Shown here in pieces: positions 53,753 to 62,748 of a stretch of DNA of 62,748 nt. The notes under the pieces are model-generated. The model saw nothing but the letters and a program-made list of their open reading frames with translations, searched no databases and was not told where the DNA came from. Each line of letters begins with the position of its first letter. The stretch's first letter is position 1. The position numbers and the translations under genes are program-made. The stretch comes from Candidatus Omnitrophota bacterium (lineage in GTDB: Bacteria; Omnitrophota; Gorgyraeia; Zapsychrales; Aceulaceae): NCBI GenBank assembly GCA_028693815.1, contig JAQUUP010000010.1, positions 1-62,748 of the forward strand. The letters are read 5' to 3'.

Positions 53753-54757
53753 ATGACTAAGCAGAAAAAAATAAAACAAATTCTTTTGACTGGTGCAGAT
53801 GGATTTATTGGAAGCCATTTGACTGAGGAGTTAGTAAGAGAGGGATATAAAGTTAAGGCTTTTGTTTTTTATAATTCTTTCAATTCTTGGGGATGGCTTG
53901 ATAGCTTGCCAAAGGAAATCCTTGCAAAGATAGATGTCTTTTGCGGGGACGTGAGAGACCCTAACGGTGTCCGGGAGGCTATGAGGGGCTGTGAAATGGT
54001 TTTTCATTTGGCGGCATTAATCGGCATCCCATTTTCCTATCATTCTCCTGATTCGTATGTTGATACAAACATTAAAGGAACCTTAAATGTTTTACAGGCG
54101 GCACGAGAGCAGAAGACTGAACGAGTATTGGTAACCTCAACTTCTGAGGTCTATGGAACAGCACAATATGTTCCCATTGATGAAAAACATCCATTGCAAG
54201 GACAGTCTCCTTACAGTGCCACAAAGATTTCCGCGGATAAAATCGCCGAATCTTTTTATCGATCGTTTGATTTGCCGGTCACAATTGTTCGGCCTTTTAA
54301 TACCTATGGTCCGAGACAATCAGCCAGAGCGATTATTCCCACCATCATCACCCAGCTAATTTCAGGAAAAAAAGAAATACAATTAGGCGATTTAACTCCC
54401 ATGCGGGATCTTAATTATGTGAAAGATGTTTGTCAGGGTTTTATTGAGATCGCGAAATCAGATAAAACAGTTGGGGATGAGATTAATGTTTGTTCAGGAA
54501 GTGAGATTTCAATACAGGAGCTCGCAGAAAAATTAATTTCGTTGATCGGCTCTCAGGCTAAAATTATTTGTGATCAGCAAAGGATCCGTCCTGAAAAATC
54601 CGAAGTCAGGCGCTTATGCGGCGAAAATGCCAAGATCAAAGAGTTGACAGGATGGAAATCCAGGTATTCTTTGGAGGATGGATTGAAAGAAACAATTAAG
54701 TGGTTTTCCAACAAGGAAAACCTTAACCGTTACAAGGCTGATATTTATAATGTCTAA
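53753..54757 (+). CDS. legB: NAD-dependent nucleotide-sugar 4,6-dehydratase, LegB-like
   Basis: ILLTGADGFIGSHLTEELVREGYKVKAFVFYNSFNSWGWLD, TSTSEVYG, YSATKISAD. Confidence 0.7.
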   Translation: MTKQKKIKQILLTGADGFIGSHLTEELVREGYKVKAFVFYNSFNSWGWLDSLPKEILAKIDVFCGDVRDPNGVREAMRGCEMVFHLAALIGIPFSYHSPDSYVDTNIKGTLNVLQAAREQKTERVLVTSTSEVYGTAQYVPIDEKHPLQGQSPYSATKISADKIAESFYRSFDLPVTIVRPFNTYGPRQSARAIIPTIITQLISGKKEIQLGDLTPMRDLNYVKDVCQGFIEIAKSDKTVGDEINVCSGSEISIQELAEKLISLIGSQAKIICDQQRIRPEKSEVRRLCGENAKIKELTGWKSRYSLEDGLKETIKWFSNKENLNRYKADIYNV

Positions 54758-55838
54758 AAAAATTTATTTAGATGATCCATGTATCGGGGAACTGGAAAAA
54801 AAATATCTATGCGAAGCTATTGATTCGGGCTTTGTTTCATCGGTGGGTCCTTTTGTGAAACAGTTTGAACAAAAGATGGCCGACTATCTTGGTGTTCCTT
54901 CGGCAGTGGCAGTTCAAAGCGGTACCGCGGCCATTCATATGGCTTTACATGAACTGGGGATTGGCCCAGGCGATGAAGTCATTGTTCCCGCACTGACATT
55001 CGCGGCAACAGTCAATCCTGTTCTTTATGTCGGAGCGAATCCCGTGATCGTTGATGTTGATTCAAAAACGTGGAATATTGATCCGGATAAGATTAAGAAA
55101 GCCGTTACTGAAAAGACCAGAGCGATTATCCCGGTTCATTTATATGGCAACCCCTGCAATATGACAGAAATCATGCAAATCGCCGAGGAACATGGGCTGC
55201 ATATTATTGAAGATGCCACGGAAAGTTTGGGCGCGACTTTTCAAAATAAGCCTACAGGAACATTTGGTAATTTTGGGTGTTTTAGTTTTAACGGTAACAA
55301 ACTTATAACAACTGGCGGCGGAGGTTTAATTGTCGGGCGTGATCAGAAAAAAATGGATCATATCCGTTATCTGATCAATCAGGCTAAAGATTCTGATCGC
55401 CCAGGATTTCATTCGGAGATGGGCTTTAATTATCGGATGACGAATATTGAGGCGGCATTGGGGCTGGCCCAGTTGGAAAGACTGCAAGAATTTATTGAAA
55501 AGAAGAAAAGAATTTTTTCAATTTATGAAGAGTTTTTATCTGACAAGATCGATTTTCAGCAGGAGGAGGCAGGAGGCAGCTCTTCTCGCTGGTTTTCGGC
55601 GGGATGGGTAAATGGTCAAAAAGATGTGACTGCTGGTGTTATGAAAGAATACGGACTGCTAGTTAGAGATATTTTTATTCCTTTAACTCAGATGCCTTAT
55701 TTTAAGAAATATTCAGTTCATTGTTCAATTTCGGATAAAATTTATAATCATGCTCTATGTTTACCGGGTTCAACGATGAATGATGAAAAAGTTATAAAAG
55801 AAGCGGTGGTGGCGATTAGAGAGGTGCTCAATGATTAA
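54750..55838 (+). CDS. legC: DegT-family aminotransferase, LegC-like
   Basis: VQSGTAAIHMAL, FSFNGNKLITTGGGG (Lys present), FNYRMTNIEAA. Confidence 0.75.
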   Translation: MSKKIYLDDPCIGELEKKYLCEAIDSGFVSSVGPFVKQFEQKMADYLGVPSAVAVQSGTAAIHMALHELGIGPGDEVIVPALTFAATVNPVLYVGANPVIVDVDSKTWNIDPDKIKKAVTEKTRAIIPVHLYGNPCNMTEIMQIAEEHGLHIIEDATESLGATFQNKPTGTFGNFGCFSFNGNKLITTGGGGLIVGRDQKKMDHIRYLINQAKDSDRPGFHSEMGFNYRMTNIEAALGLAQLERLQEFIEKKKRIFSIYEEFLSDKIDFQQEEAGGSSSRWFSAGWVNGQKDVTAGVMKEYGLLVRDIFIPLTQMPYFKKYSVHCSISDKIYNHALCLPGSTMNDEKVIKEAVVAIREVLND

Positions 55839-56409
55839 GCAGGATTTAATTTTAATTGGCGGCGGCGGGCATGCCAAGGTTGTTATTGATGCCTTGAAGG
55901 GAAATCAAGAATTCAGGATTACGGGAATTCTTGACAAGAAACAAGGTGATGTTTTAGGAGTGAAAATTGTGGGCGATGATTCTTTACTAGAAAAACTTTA
56001 TCAGGAAGGGGTCAAGTACGCTTTTATTTCTATCGGTTCAGTAGGTGATTATTGTTTGAGAAAAGAGCTTTTTGAAAAAGCGGTTGAAGTTGGTTTTATT
56101 TTTCCGTCATTGATTCATTCGTCTGCGTATGTTTCTTCAGATGTTATGATTGGTCAAGGAACATTTGTCGCGGCCGGGGCTATCATTAATCCTGGTACTG
56201 TTATCGGAAATAATGTGATTGTTAATACAAATGCTTCTGTTGATCACGATTGTCGCATAGGTGATTTTGTCCATATCGCTCCCGGAGCGATTTTAGGTGG
56301 AAGTGTTATTATTGGAGCGGGTAGTCATGTTGGGATGGGGGCCAGGGTTATTCAGGGGGCAGCGGTACAGGAAAACACATTTATTAAAGCTGGGAGACTC
56401 GTTAGATGA
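55831..56409 (+). CDS. legH: NeuD/PglD-family hexapeptide acetyltransferase, LegH-like
   Basis: LILIGGGGHAKVVIDAL N-domain, then left-handed beta-helix repeats (IGNNVIVNTNASVDHDCRIGDFVHIAPGA). Confidence 0.75.
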   Translation: MIKQDLILIGGGGHAKVVIDALKGNQEFRITGILDKKQGDVLGVKIVGDDSLLEKLYQEGVKYAFISIGSVGDYCLRKELFEKAVEVGFIFPSLIHSSAYVSSDVMIGQGTFVAAGAIINPGTVIGNNVIVNTNASVDHDCRIGDFVHIAPGAILGGSVIIGAGSHVGMGARVIQGAAVQENTFIKAGRLVR

Positions 56410-57410
56410 GTAAAGTATTTATTATTGCTGAAGCTGGAGTCAACCACAACGGGGATATCAGCATAGCCAGAAAAATGATTGATGCGGCTGCGCTGGCAGG
56501 CGCTGATGCTATAAAATTCCAGACATTCAGGGCGGAAGACTGCATTTCCCGAAATGCTGTCAAGGCCGAGTACCAGAAAAAAACAACATCAACGTCCGAG
56601 AGCCAGCTTGAGATGATAAAAAAACTCGAGTTGAGCTTCGATCAGCAAAAAGAACTGTTTCAGCATTGCAGATCAAAAGGGATTATGTTTTTGGCTTCGG
56701 CTTTTGATTTGGACAGTATTGACTTTCTTAACAGCCTGGGTGTAAGTATTTTTAAAATTCCTTCCGGGGAAATTACGAATCTTCCTAGCCTTGAAAAAAT
56801 AGCTTCTTTCCATAAAGAAATCATTCTTTCAACGGGGATGGCTGATCTGGAGGAAGTGAGGATCGCAGTAGATTTGCTGCTTAACGCCGGATCAAGCAGA
56901 GAAAGAATATCCCTTCTTCACTGTTGCACTGAGTACCCTGCTCCTGTTGAAGAAGCCAACCTTAGGGCTATGGAAACGATGCGTAAAGAATTCGGCATTA
57001 AAGTAGGTTATTCGGATCATACAGAAGGGATAGAGGTCGCACTGGCTGCAGCTGCTTTGGGTGCGGAAATTATTGAAAAGCACTTCACTTTGGATAAAGA
57101 AATGGAAGGCCCTGATCATAGTTCTTCTGCAGATGTGGAAGAACTAAAAAAAATGGTAACAGGGATTAGACGTATTGGATTGTCCTTAGGAGATGGGGTA
57201 AAAAAACCTTCATTATCAGAAAAGAAGAATCTGCCAATTGTAAGAAAAAGTATTGTGGCACGTAGATATATTCGAAAAGGCGAAGTTTTTGATGAGCATA
57301 ACCTGGCGGTTAAACGGCCGGGGATAGGAATAAGTCCTATGCGATGGCATGAGGTTTTGGGTAAAATTTCGCCAAGGGATTTTCAACAAGATGAGATGAT
57401 TGTTTTATGA
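56406..57410 (+). CDS. legI: NeuB-family nonulosonic acid synthase (legionaminic acid synthase type)
   Basis: VFIIAEAGVNHNGD, FKIPSGEITN, GYSDHTEG, C-terminal SAF domain. Confidence 0.85.
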   Translation: MSKVFIIAEAGVNHNGDISIARKMIDAAALAGADAIKFQTFRAEDCISRNAVKAEYQKKTTSTSESQLEMIKKLELSFDQQKELFQHCRSKGIMFLASAFDLDSIDFLNSLGVSIFKIPSGEITNLPSLEKIASFHKEIILSTGMADLEEVRIAVDLLLNAGSSRERISLLHCCTEYPAPVEEANLRAMETMRKEFGIKVGYSDHTEGIEVALAAAALGAEIIEKHFTLDKEMEGPDHSSSADVEELKKMVTGIRRIGLSLGDGVKKPSLSEKKNLPIVRKSIVARRYIRKGEVFDEHNLAVKRPGIGISPMRWHEVLGKISPRDFQQDEMIVL

Positions 57411-58597
57411 GAATTGCGATGAAGAGAAAAATTTGTGTTTTTACCGGAACTCGGGCGGAATATGGATTACTCGCACCGCTCATGAAAAAGATCAGGGACG
57501 ACCGGGAGCTTTGTCTCCAAACGATCGTATCAGGAGCGCATCTTAGCCGGGAACATGGATTCACTTATAAGGAAATTATCAAAGAAGGCTTTAAAATAGA
57601 TAAAAAAATCGCCATTGATTTGAATTCGGATACAGAGACTGGAGTGGCGCGTTCTTTTGGTCTTGGTGTAGAACATTTTGCCAAAGCCTTAACACAACTA
57701 AGGCCTCATATTGTTGTTATTTTAGGTGATCGCTACGAAGCCTTTGCGATGGCTACTGCCGCTATGATTTGCCGCGTTCCGATTGCGCATTTGTACGGAG
57801 GAGAGGTAACGATTGGAGCAATTGATGAAGCTATTCGTCATTCGATTACTAAAATGAGCCATTTTCATTTTGTTGCGACAAAAGAATATCGTCAAAGGGT
57901 TATTCAACTTGGTGAAAATTCAAAGAGTGTTCTTAATGTTGGAGCTTTGGGGGTGGATAATATTAAGGAGTTAAATCTTCTTTCGAAAAAAGAATTGGAG
58001 CAGCGCCTGGGATTTTCTTTTGATAAGCGTAATTTGTTGATTACATATCATCCGGTCACGCTAGAGAAAGGATCAGAAAAGAAAAGCATGTGGATATTAT
58101 TGTCTGTACTTAATGGATTAAAAAACACACGTTTGATTTTTACCAAAGCCAATGCAGATATGGGTGGGTGCGTGATTAACAGCTTGATTGAAGATTATGT
58201 TAGAAAGAATAGGCATAAAGCAGTGTGTTTTACTTCGTTAGGGCAATTGAATTATTTGTCAGCGATGAAATATGTAGATGCGGTGGTAGGCAATTCGTCG
58301 AGCGGGATTATTGAAGCGTCGAGTTTTAAGATTGGCACGATTGACATCGGCAACAGGCAGGCAGGACGCATTAAAGCGGATAGCGTGATTTCATGTGGTT
58401 TGCAAAAAGCGTCATTAGAAAAGGCGTTTCGAAAGTTATATTCTAAAAGGTTTCAAGAGGTTCTTTTGCGGGTTGTTAATCCCTATGGGAATGGCCGTGT
58501 TGCTTCGCGCATTGTTGACAAGTTAAAAAGTATTGACCTTGATGGAATTTTGAAGAAAAAATTTTATGATTTAAAGTGTACGGGTAAGCGCAGATGA
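57407..58597 (+). CDS. legG: Hydrolysing NDP-HexNAc 2-epimerase (NeuC/LegG type)
   Basis: KICVFTGTRAEYGLLAPLMKKI, ILGDRYEAFA, HLYGGEVTIGAIDE. Confidence 0.85.
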   Translation: MRIAMKRKICVFTGTRAEYGLLAPLMKKIRDDRELCLQTIVSGAHLSREHGFTYKEIIKEGFKIDKKIAIDLNSDTETGVARSFGLGVEHFAKALTQLRPHIVVILGDRYEAFAMATAAMICRVPIAHLYGGEVTIGAIDEAIRHSITKMSHFHFVATKEYRQRVIQLGENSKSVLNVGALGVDNIKELNLLSKKELEQRLGFSFDKRNLLITYHPVTLEKGSEKKSMWILLSVLNGLKNTRLIFTKANADMGGCVINSLIEDYVRKNRHKAVCFTSLGQLNYLSAMKYVDAVVGNSSSGIIEASSFKIGTIDIGNRQAGRIKADSVISCGLQKASLEKAFRKLYSKRFQEVLLRVVNPYGNGRVASRIVDKLKSIDLDGILKKKFYDLKCTGKRR

Positions 58598-59529
58598 AAA
58601 AAATTCTCATTATCGGATTAGGATCTATTGGTCAGCGGTATGCATCGCTATTGCATCAACATGGTGGACTTGAAATTTTTGCCCTCCGCCAGCAAGGCAA
58701 TGATGTGGTTGAAGGTGTAAAGAATTTGTATTCGTGGGATGAGGTGGCCTCGGCGAAACCGGATATCGCTTTTATTACTAATCCGACGTCATTGCATATT
58801 GCAACGGCCATTCAATGTGCGCGTTTGGGCATGCATTTGTTTATTGAAAAGCCTTTGGATAAGAATCTTTTAGCGTTTGATGAATTGCATGCGATTGTCA
58901 AAGAACAGCAGTTACAGTGCTATGTGGCCTATAACCTTCGGTTTCATCCGGGAATACTAGATCTTAAAGAGGTGCTTTCTCAAGAATCGTATTATTATGC
59001 CCATATTCTTAATTCTTCTTATTTGCCGGCTTGGCGTCCAGGGGCGGATTATTGGAAAAATTACAGCGGCCAAGCGCTTTTTGGGGGAGGAGTGCTTCTT
59101 GATCTCTCTCATGAATTAGATTATGCGCAGTTTTTGTTCGGCGAAATTCAACATATTGAAGGTTATTTTGAGCATTCTTCAGATTTAAAAATTGACGTAG
59201 AAGATACCGCGGATTTATCAGTATTTTTTATAAATCAGCGTCGCATCCAAATTCATTTAGATTTTTGCAGTTTGCCAGTTGAGCGCGTTATCAAAGTTTT
59301 TGGCCAAAAGAGCGTTTATATAGTAGATCTTATTAAGAATACGTTTCAGACATATTCTTATGATGGCTCTATTAAAGAAGTGAATTATGAGATCGACCGT
59401 AATGCTATGTATGCACGGCAAATTGATTATTTCTTAATTGGCTTGAGAAATGAAACGTCTGTAGATAATTTAGAGGAGTCTGCAAAATTATTGAAATGTA
59501 TTATTGAATTTAAGGCGGGCAAAAAATGA
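58594..59529 (+). CDS. Gfo/Idh/MocA-family oxidoreductase (PtmF-like accessory enzyme of leg clusters)
   Basis: MKKILIIGLGSIGQRYASLL, EKPLDKN. ATGA overlap on both sides. Confidence 0.65.
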   Translation: MKKILIIGLGSIGQRYASLLHQHGGLEIFALRQQGNDVVEGVKNLYSWDEVASAKPDIAFITNPTSLHIATAIQCARLGMHLFIEKPLDKNLLAFDELHAIVKEQQLQCYVAYNLRFHPGILDLKEVLSQESYYYAHILNSSYLPAWRPGADYWKNYSGQALFGGGVLLDLSHELDYAQFLFGEIQHIEGYFEHSSDLKIDVEDTADLSVFFINQRRIQIHLDFCSLPVERVIKVFGQKSVYIVDLIKNTFQTYSYDGSIKEVNYEIDRNAMYARQIDYFLIGLRNETSVDNLEESAKLLKCIIEFKAGKK

Positions 59530-60233
59530 ATATTTTAGTCACGATATGCGCTCGGGCAGGATCTAAGGGTGTTAAAAACAAAAACATTCGTGAGTTGGCG
59601 GGCAAGCCGCTTGTTGCCTATGCTATTGAACAGGCTCAAGAATGGGGTAAGGCGGCGCATATTGTTGTGTCTACGGATTCTCAGCAGATTTCGAAGTTAG
59701 CACAAGATTGTGGTGCAGAAGTTCCGTTTTTGCGAGAGAAGCAATTGGCCTCTGATGAGTCGGGAAAAATAGCAGCTATTATCGACGCTTGGAAACGTAG
59801 TGAGGCGCATTTTGGATGTTCGTACGATTATGTTATTGATTTGGATGTTACCGCTCCTTTACGGGCAATGTCTGATATTGATGCTTGTTTGGATTTGGCA
59901 GTCAAAAAAAAGGCACTCAATGTGATTACTGTTGTGCCGGCACATCGTAATCCGTATTTTAATATGGTTCAGGACGTTGGTGATGGGAGGGCTCGGTTGG
60001 TGAATGGAGATCAACAGGAATACCTGAGGCGGCAGGATGCACCCCAAATTTTTGATATGAATGCCTCGATTTATGTTTTTGGGAGAGGTTTTTTGGAGCA
60101 GGAATTGAATCTGTTTACAGAAAAGACGTTTTGTCATGTTATGGGTGGAATATCTCGCTATGATATTGATTGTGAATTGGACTTTGAGATGGTTGAAATG
60201 ATTGTGAAAAATGGATTATGGAGTTTTCAATGA
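59526..60233 (+). CDS. legF: CMP-nonulosonic acid synthetase (acylneuraminate cytidylyltransferase family, LegF-like)
   Basis: ICARAGSKGVKNKNIRELAGKPLVAYAIEQA, RRQDAPQIFDMNASIYV. Confidence 0.85.
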   Translation: MNILVTICARAGSKGVKNKNIRELAGKPLVAYAIEQAQEWGKAAHIVVSTDSQQISKLAQDCGAEVPFLREKQLASDESGKIAAIIDAWKRSEAHFGCSYDYVIDLDVTAPLRAMSDIDACLDLAVKKKALNVITVVPAHRNPYFNMVQDVGDGRARLVNGDQQEYLRRQDAPQIFDMNASIYVFGRGFLEQELNLFTEKTFCHVMGGISRYDIDCELDFEMVEMIVKNGLWSFQ

Positions 60234-60988
60234 GCGAAATTCTAGAAAATTTTAATTTTAAAAACAAAACGATTGTGATTCTTGGCGGGGAGGGCCTCAT
60301 TGGCAGGGCGCTAGTCGAAGGCTTTGTTGAGACCCAAGCGAAGGTAGTTGTGTTGGATTTGGAGAATGCCGTAGATAAAGACCGAGTTTTTTTCAAAAAA
60401 GTTGATGTTGCTCAACTTGAAATACTGGAAGATTTTTTTAGCAATCTTAAAAAAGAGTTTGGATATGTTGATGCGTTTATTAATGCATCCTATCCACGCA
60501 CGACTAGTTGGGGCAAGGGCGTAGAGGAGACCTCTTTGGAGTCATTGAAGGAAAATGTGGATATACACCTTAATTCTTATTCTTGGTTAACACGAATTAT
60601 GGCGATGTTAATGAAAGACAAGGGAGGAAGTATTATTAATTTTAGCTCGATTTATGGTATGTTGGGTAATGATTTTTCCGTGTATCAAGGGACGGCGATG
60701 ACTTCTCCTATGGAGTATTCGGTCATAAAAGGTGGTATTACTAATTTAACACGATATATGGCATCGTATTTTGGGCCTTATGGGGTTAGGGTTAATACAG
60801 TTTCGCCAGGAGGGGTTTTAAATCATCAAGATGAAACATTTGTTCAGAAATATATTCAAAAAACGCCTCTAGGTCGTATGGCCAAGCCCGAAGATATGGT
60901 TGGGATTGTGCAGTTATTGGCTAGTGATTTGTCGTCTTATATTACAGGACAAAACATAGTTGTAGATGGAGGCTGGAGTATATGGTAA
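60230..60988 (+). CDS. Short-chain dehydrogenase/reductase (PtmA-like)
   Basis: VILGGEGLIGRAL, YSVIKGGITNLTRYMA (YxxxK). ATG 60230 overlaps the legF stop (ATGA) with GGAG 6 nt upstream. Confidence 0.7.
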   Translation: MSEILENFNFKNKTIVILGGEGLIGRALVEGFVETQAKVVVLDLENAVDKDRVFFKKVDVAQLEILEDFFSNLKKEFGYVDAFINASYPRTTSWGKGVEETSLESLKENVDIHLNSYSWLTRIMAMLMKDKGGSIINFSSIYGMLGNDFSVYQGTAMTSPMEYSVIKGGITNLTRYMASYFGPYGVRVNTVSPGGVLNHQDETFVQKYIQKTPLGRMAKPEDMVGIVQLLASDLSSYITGQNIVVDGGWSIW

Positions 60989-62067
60989 AAGAAAACTTAA
61001 ATATTAGTAAATGGCTGATTGACAAGAAAAGTACTGTGAAGCAGGCAATGAAGCAAATGCGACATGTTGGAGAAAAGCTTCTTTTTGTAGTTTCAAATAA
61101 TTCTGTGTTATATGGAGCGTTAAGTGATGGAGATATTAGGAAGTGGATTCTGAAAAAAAACGATCTCAGTGAGAAAATAACTAAAATTTGTAACAAACAA
61201 CCGATTATACTAGAAAAATCATATAATGTTAATCAAGTAAAAAAGATATTTATAGATCTTAAAATACAAGCGCTTCCTATTGTTTCAAGAAATAAAATAA
61301 TAGATGTTATAAGCTGGGATGATATTTTTGCAGGGGAAAAAGACGTTAAAGTTTCTGTAAAAAAAGTCAACATTCCTTTAGTTGTAATGGCAGGGGGAAA
61401 GGGAACTAGATTGGATCCTTTTACAAGGGTGCTCCCAAAACCACTTATTCCTATAGGAGACAAACCTATTGTAGAGCACATTGTTGAAAATTTCTCGGAA
61501 TATGGGGTTAAAGAGTTTTATTTCTCAGTTAATCATAAGGCTAAAATGATACGTGCATATTTTGATGAAATGAAGGATATTTTTAATATTAAATATCTTG
61601 AGGAAAGTAAACCTTTGGGAACAGCTGGAGGACTTAGACCTCTTTTTGGTGAAAGACATAAAAGGTATTTTGTTGTTAACTGTGATATTTTCTTAGGAAC
61701 AAATATTTCAGATATAGTTGATTTTCATGATGAGAATAATAATGATGTAACAGTTGTTGCGTCATATAAGCATCATGTTATGCCTTATGGAGTGTGTAAC
61801 ATTAATAAAGGCGGAGAGCTTAAAAGCATTGATGAAAAACCTGAGTATGATTTTTTGATTAACATAGGGGCATACATTTTGAACAAAAGAGCGATAAAGC
61901 TTATCCCGGCAAATAAAATGTTTCATATGACGGATCTGATAAAAGCATGCAAAAAGGAAAAATTCAAAATCAAGGTTTTTCCTATATCTGATAATATGTG
62001 GATGGACATAGGCCAACTAGAAGAGTATAGAAGAACCTTAAAAACCATAGGCATGTTACAAGATTAG
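60982..62067 (+). CDS. ptmE: CBS-pair plus sugar-1-phosphate nucleotidyltransferase (PtmE-like)
   Basis: N-terminal CBS pair, then VVMAGGKGTRLDPFTRVLPKPLIPIGDKPIVEHIV. Confidence 0.75.
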   Translation: MVKENLNISKWLIDKKSTVKQAMKQMRHVGEKLLFVVSNNSVLYGALSDGDIRKWILKKNDLSEKITKICNKQPIILEKSYNVNQVKKIFIDLKIQALPIVSRNKIIDVISWDDIFAGEKDVKVSVKKVNIPLVVMAGGKGTRLDPFTRVLPKPLIPIGDKPIVEHIVENFSEYGVKEFYFSVNHKAKMIRAYFDEMKDIFNIKYLEESKPLGTAGGLRPLFGERHKRYFVVNCDIFLGTNISDIVDFHDENNNDVTVVASYKHHVMPYGVCNINKGGELKSIDEKPEYDFLINIGAYILNKRAIKLIPANKMFHMTDLIKACKKEKFKIKVFPISDNMWMDIGQLEEYRRTLKTIGMLQD

Positions 62068-62098
62068 AAAATCATCAAGGGCGGAGTATTAGGACAAA

Positions 62099-62748
62099 AT
62101 GAATAAAATCAAAGAATCTTTTAAAATCGCATTGATTGATTTAAATCACATGACTTTAGGAGTGCATACAAATACGGCTCCCTTGGGACTTGGCTTGATT
62201 GCGCATTACTTAAAGAAGAATATATCCAAAGAGTGTGATGTCAGACTTTTTAAAAATCCAAAAGTTTTCAGTGGAGCTTTAGCAAGATGGAAGCCTGATG
62301 TGTTAGGCATGGCTCAATATGTTTGGAATACAGAATTAAACCATCATATGGCAAAACTGGTAAAAGAAATGAATCCAGAGTGTCTTACAATAGCTGGTGG
62401 ACCAAATTTATATTTGACTTCATCAGAAAAAATAGAGTATCTTAAGGAAAAAGATTTTATTGATTTTTGCATTAGTTATGATGGAGAAATACCTTTTACT
62501 GAGCTCGTTAAACGTTTTGTTAATGGAAAAAGTATCAATGAAATAAAGGATGATCTTGTACCTGGCACATATGCTTTGTCAAGGGATAAGAAAACCTTGC
62601 AAGAATCAAGTTTTTTGCCACCAAGAATTAAAAGTTTGGATGTTTTTGGTGCGATTTATGCAGATGGATTCTTTGATGAATTCTTAGACAAAGGGTTTCA
62701 CCCTTTTCTACAGACTCATAGAGGATGTCCTTTTAAATGTACATATTG
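62099..62748 (+). CDS. B12-binding-domain radical SAM enzyme, 5' partial (runs off the window)
   Basis: My translation from ATG 62099 is MNKIKESFKIALIDLNHMTLGVHTNTAPLGLGLIAHYL...LQTHRGCPFKCTY, i.e. the start of a CxxxCxxC motif at the window edge. This ORF is not in the supplied track. Confidence 0.75.
   Translation, partial: MNKIKESFKIALIDLNHMTLGVHTNTAPLGLGLIAHYLKKNISKECDVRLFKNPKVFSGALARWKPDVLGMAQYVWNTELNHHMAKLVKEMNPECLTIAGGPNLYLTSSEKIEYLKEKDFIDFCISYDGEIPFTELVKRFVNGKSINEIKDDLVPGTYALSRDKKTLQESSFLPPRIKSLDVFGAIYADGFFDEFLDKGFHPFLQTHRGCPFKCTY

Overview
This is a 62.7-kb AT-rich stretch of a diderm bacterial chromosome (LptD and MlaEFD are present). I called about 72 tightly packed genes, and all but two (metF and its downstream partner) lie on the + strand. 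All calls come from reading motifs in the supplied translations and the DNA by eye; no searches were run. I cannot assign the lineage from this window.

Layout:
- 0.1-16.9 kb: lptD followed by a large nucleotide-sugar/glycan block. It holds ugd, rfbB, a UDP-HexNAc dehydrogenase, uxs, an fcl-like gene, an SDR, a split transketolase, a B12-radical-SAM enzyme, an HddA-like kinase, an HddC-like nucleotidyltransferase, a DegT aminotransferase, gmhB and a GT28 transferase.
- 16.9-33.4 kb: housekeeping genes (priA, fmt, two galT-like genes, gap, gpmA, trxA, panD, def, lipA, mlaEFD, an mscS-family channel, yggT, ybaB, greA).
- 33.4-37.2 kb: WbpB/WbpD-like genes, a GT2 transferase and two paralogous zinc-ribbon membrane proteins of unknown function.
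- 37.2-43.6 kb: rlmB, an HD-domain protein, an M48 protease, a hybrid histidine kinase plus Hpt protein, and a TMTC-like TPR membrane protein.
- 43.6-48.9 kb: metF coupled to a Met/Gln-rich secreted repeat protein (- strand), then rfbACD and an RfbH/E1-like sugar 3-dehydratase.
- 48.8-52.8 kb: an integrase-less insertion carrying two different AbiE toxin-antitoxin modules. It is bracketed by a duplicated copy of the 3' end of the dehydratase gene.
- 53.0-62.7 kb: a winged-helix regulator and a complete legionaminic-acid-type nonulosonic acid cluster, ending in a second B12-radical-SAM gene cut by the window edge.

I found no rRNA, tRNA, CRISPR array, transposase or integrase.

The most interesting signals:
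- the gene-3'-end duplication flanking the AbiE island;
- the transketolase/radical-SAM/kinase/phosphatase/nucleotidyltransferase sugar module that lacks the canonical isomerase;
- the leg cluster with an attached radical-SAM enzyme;
- the tandem double-zinc-ribbon membrane paralogs;
- a PriA with degenerate helicase motifs;
- a GalT pair in which one copy has lost the catalytic His;
- metF translationally coupled to a Met-rich secreted protein.
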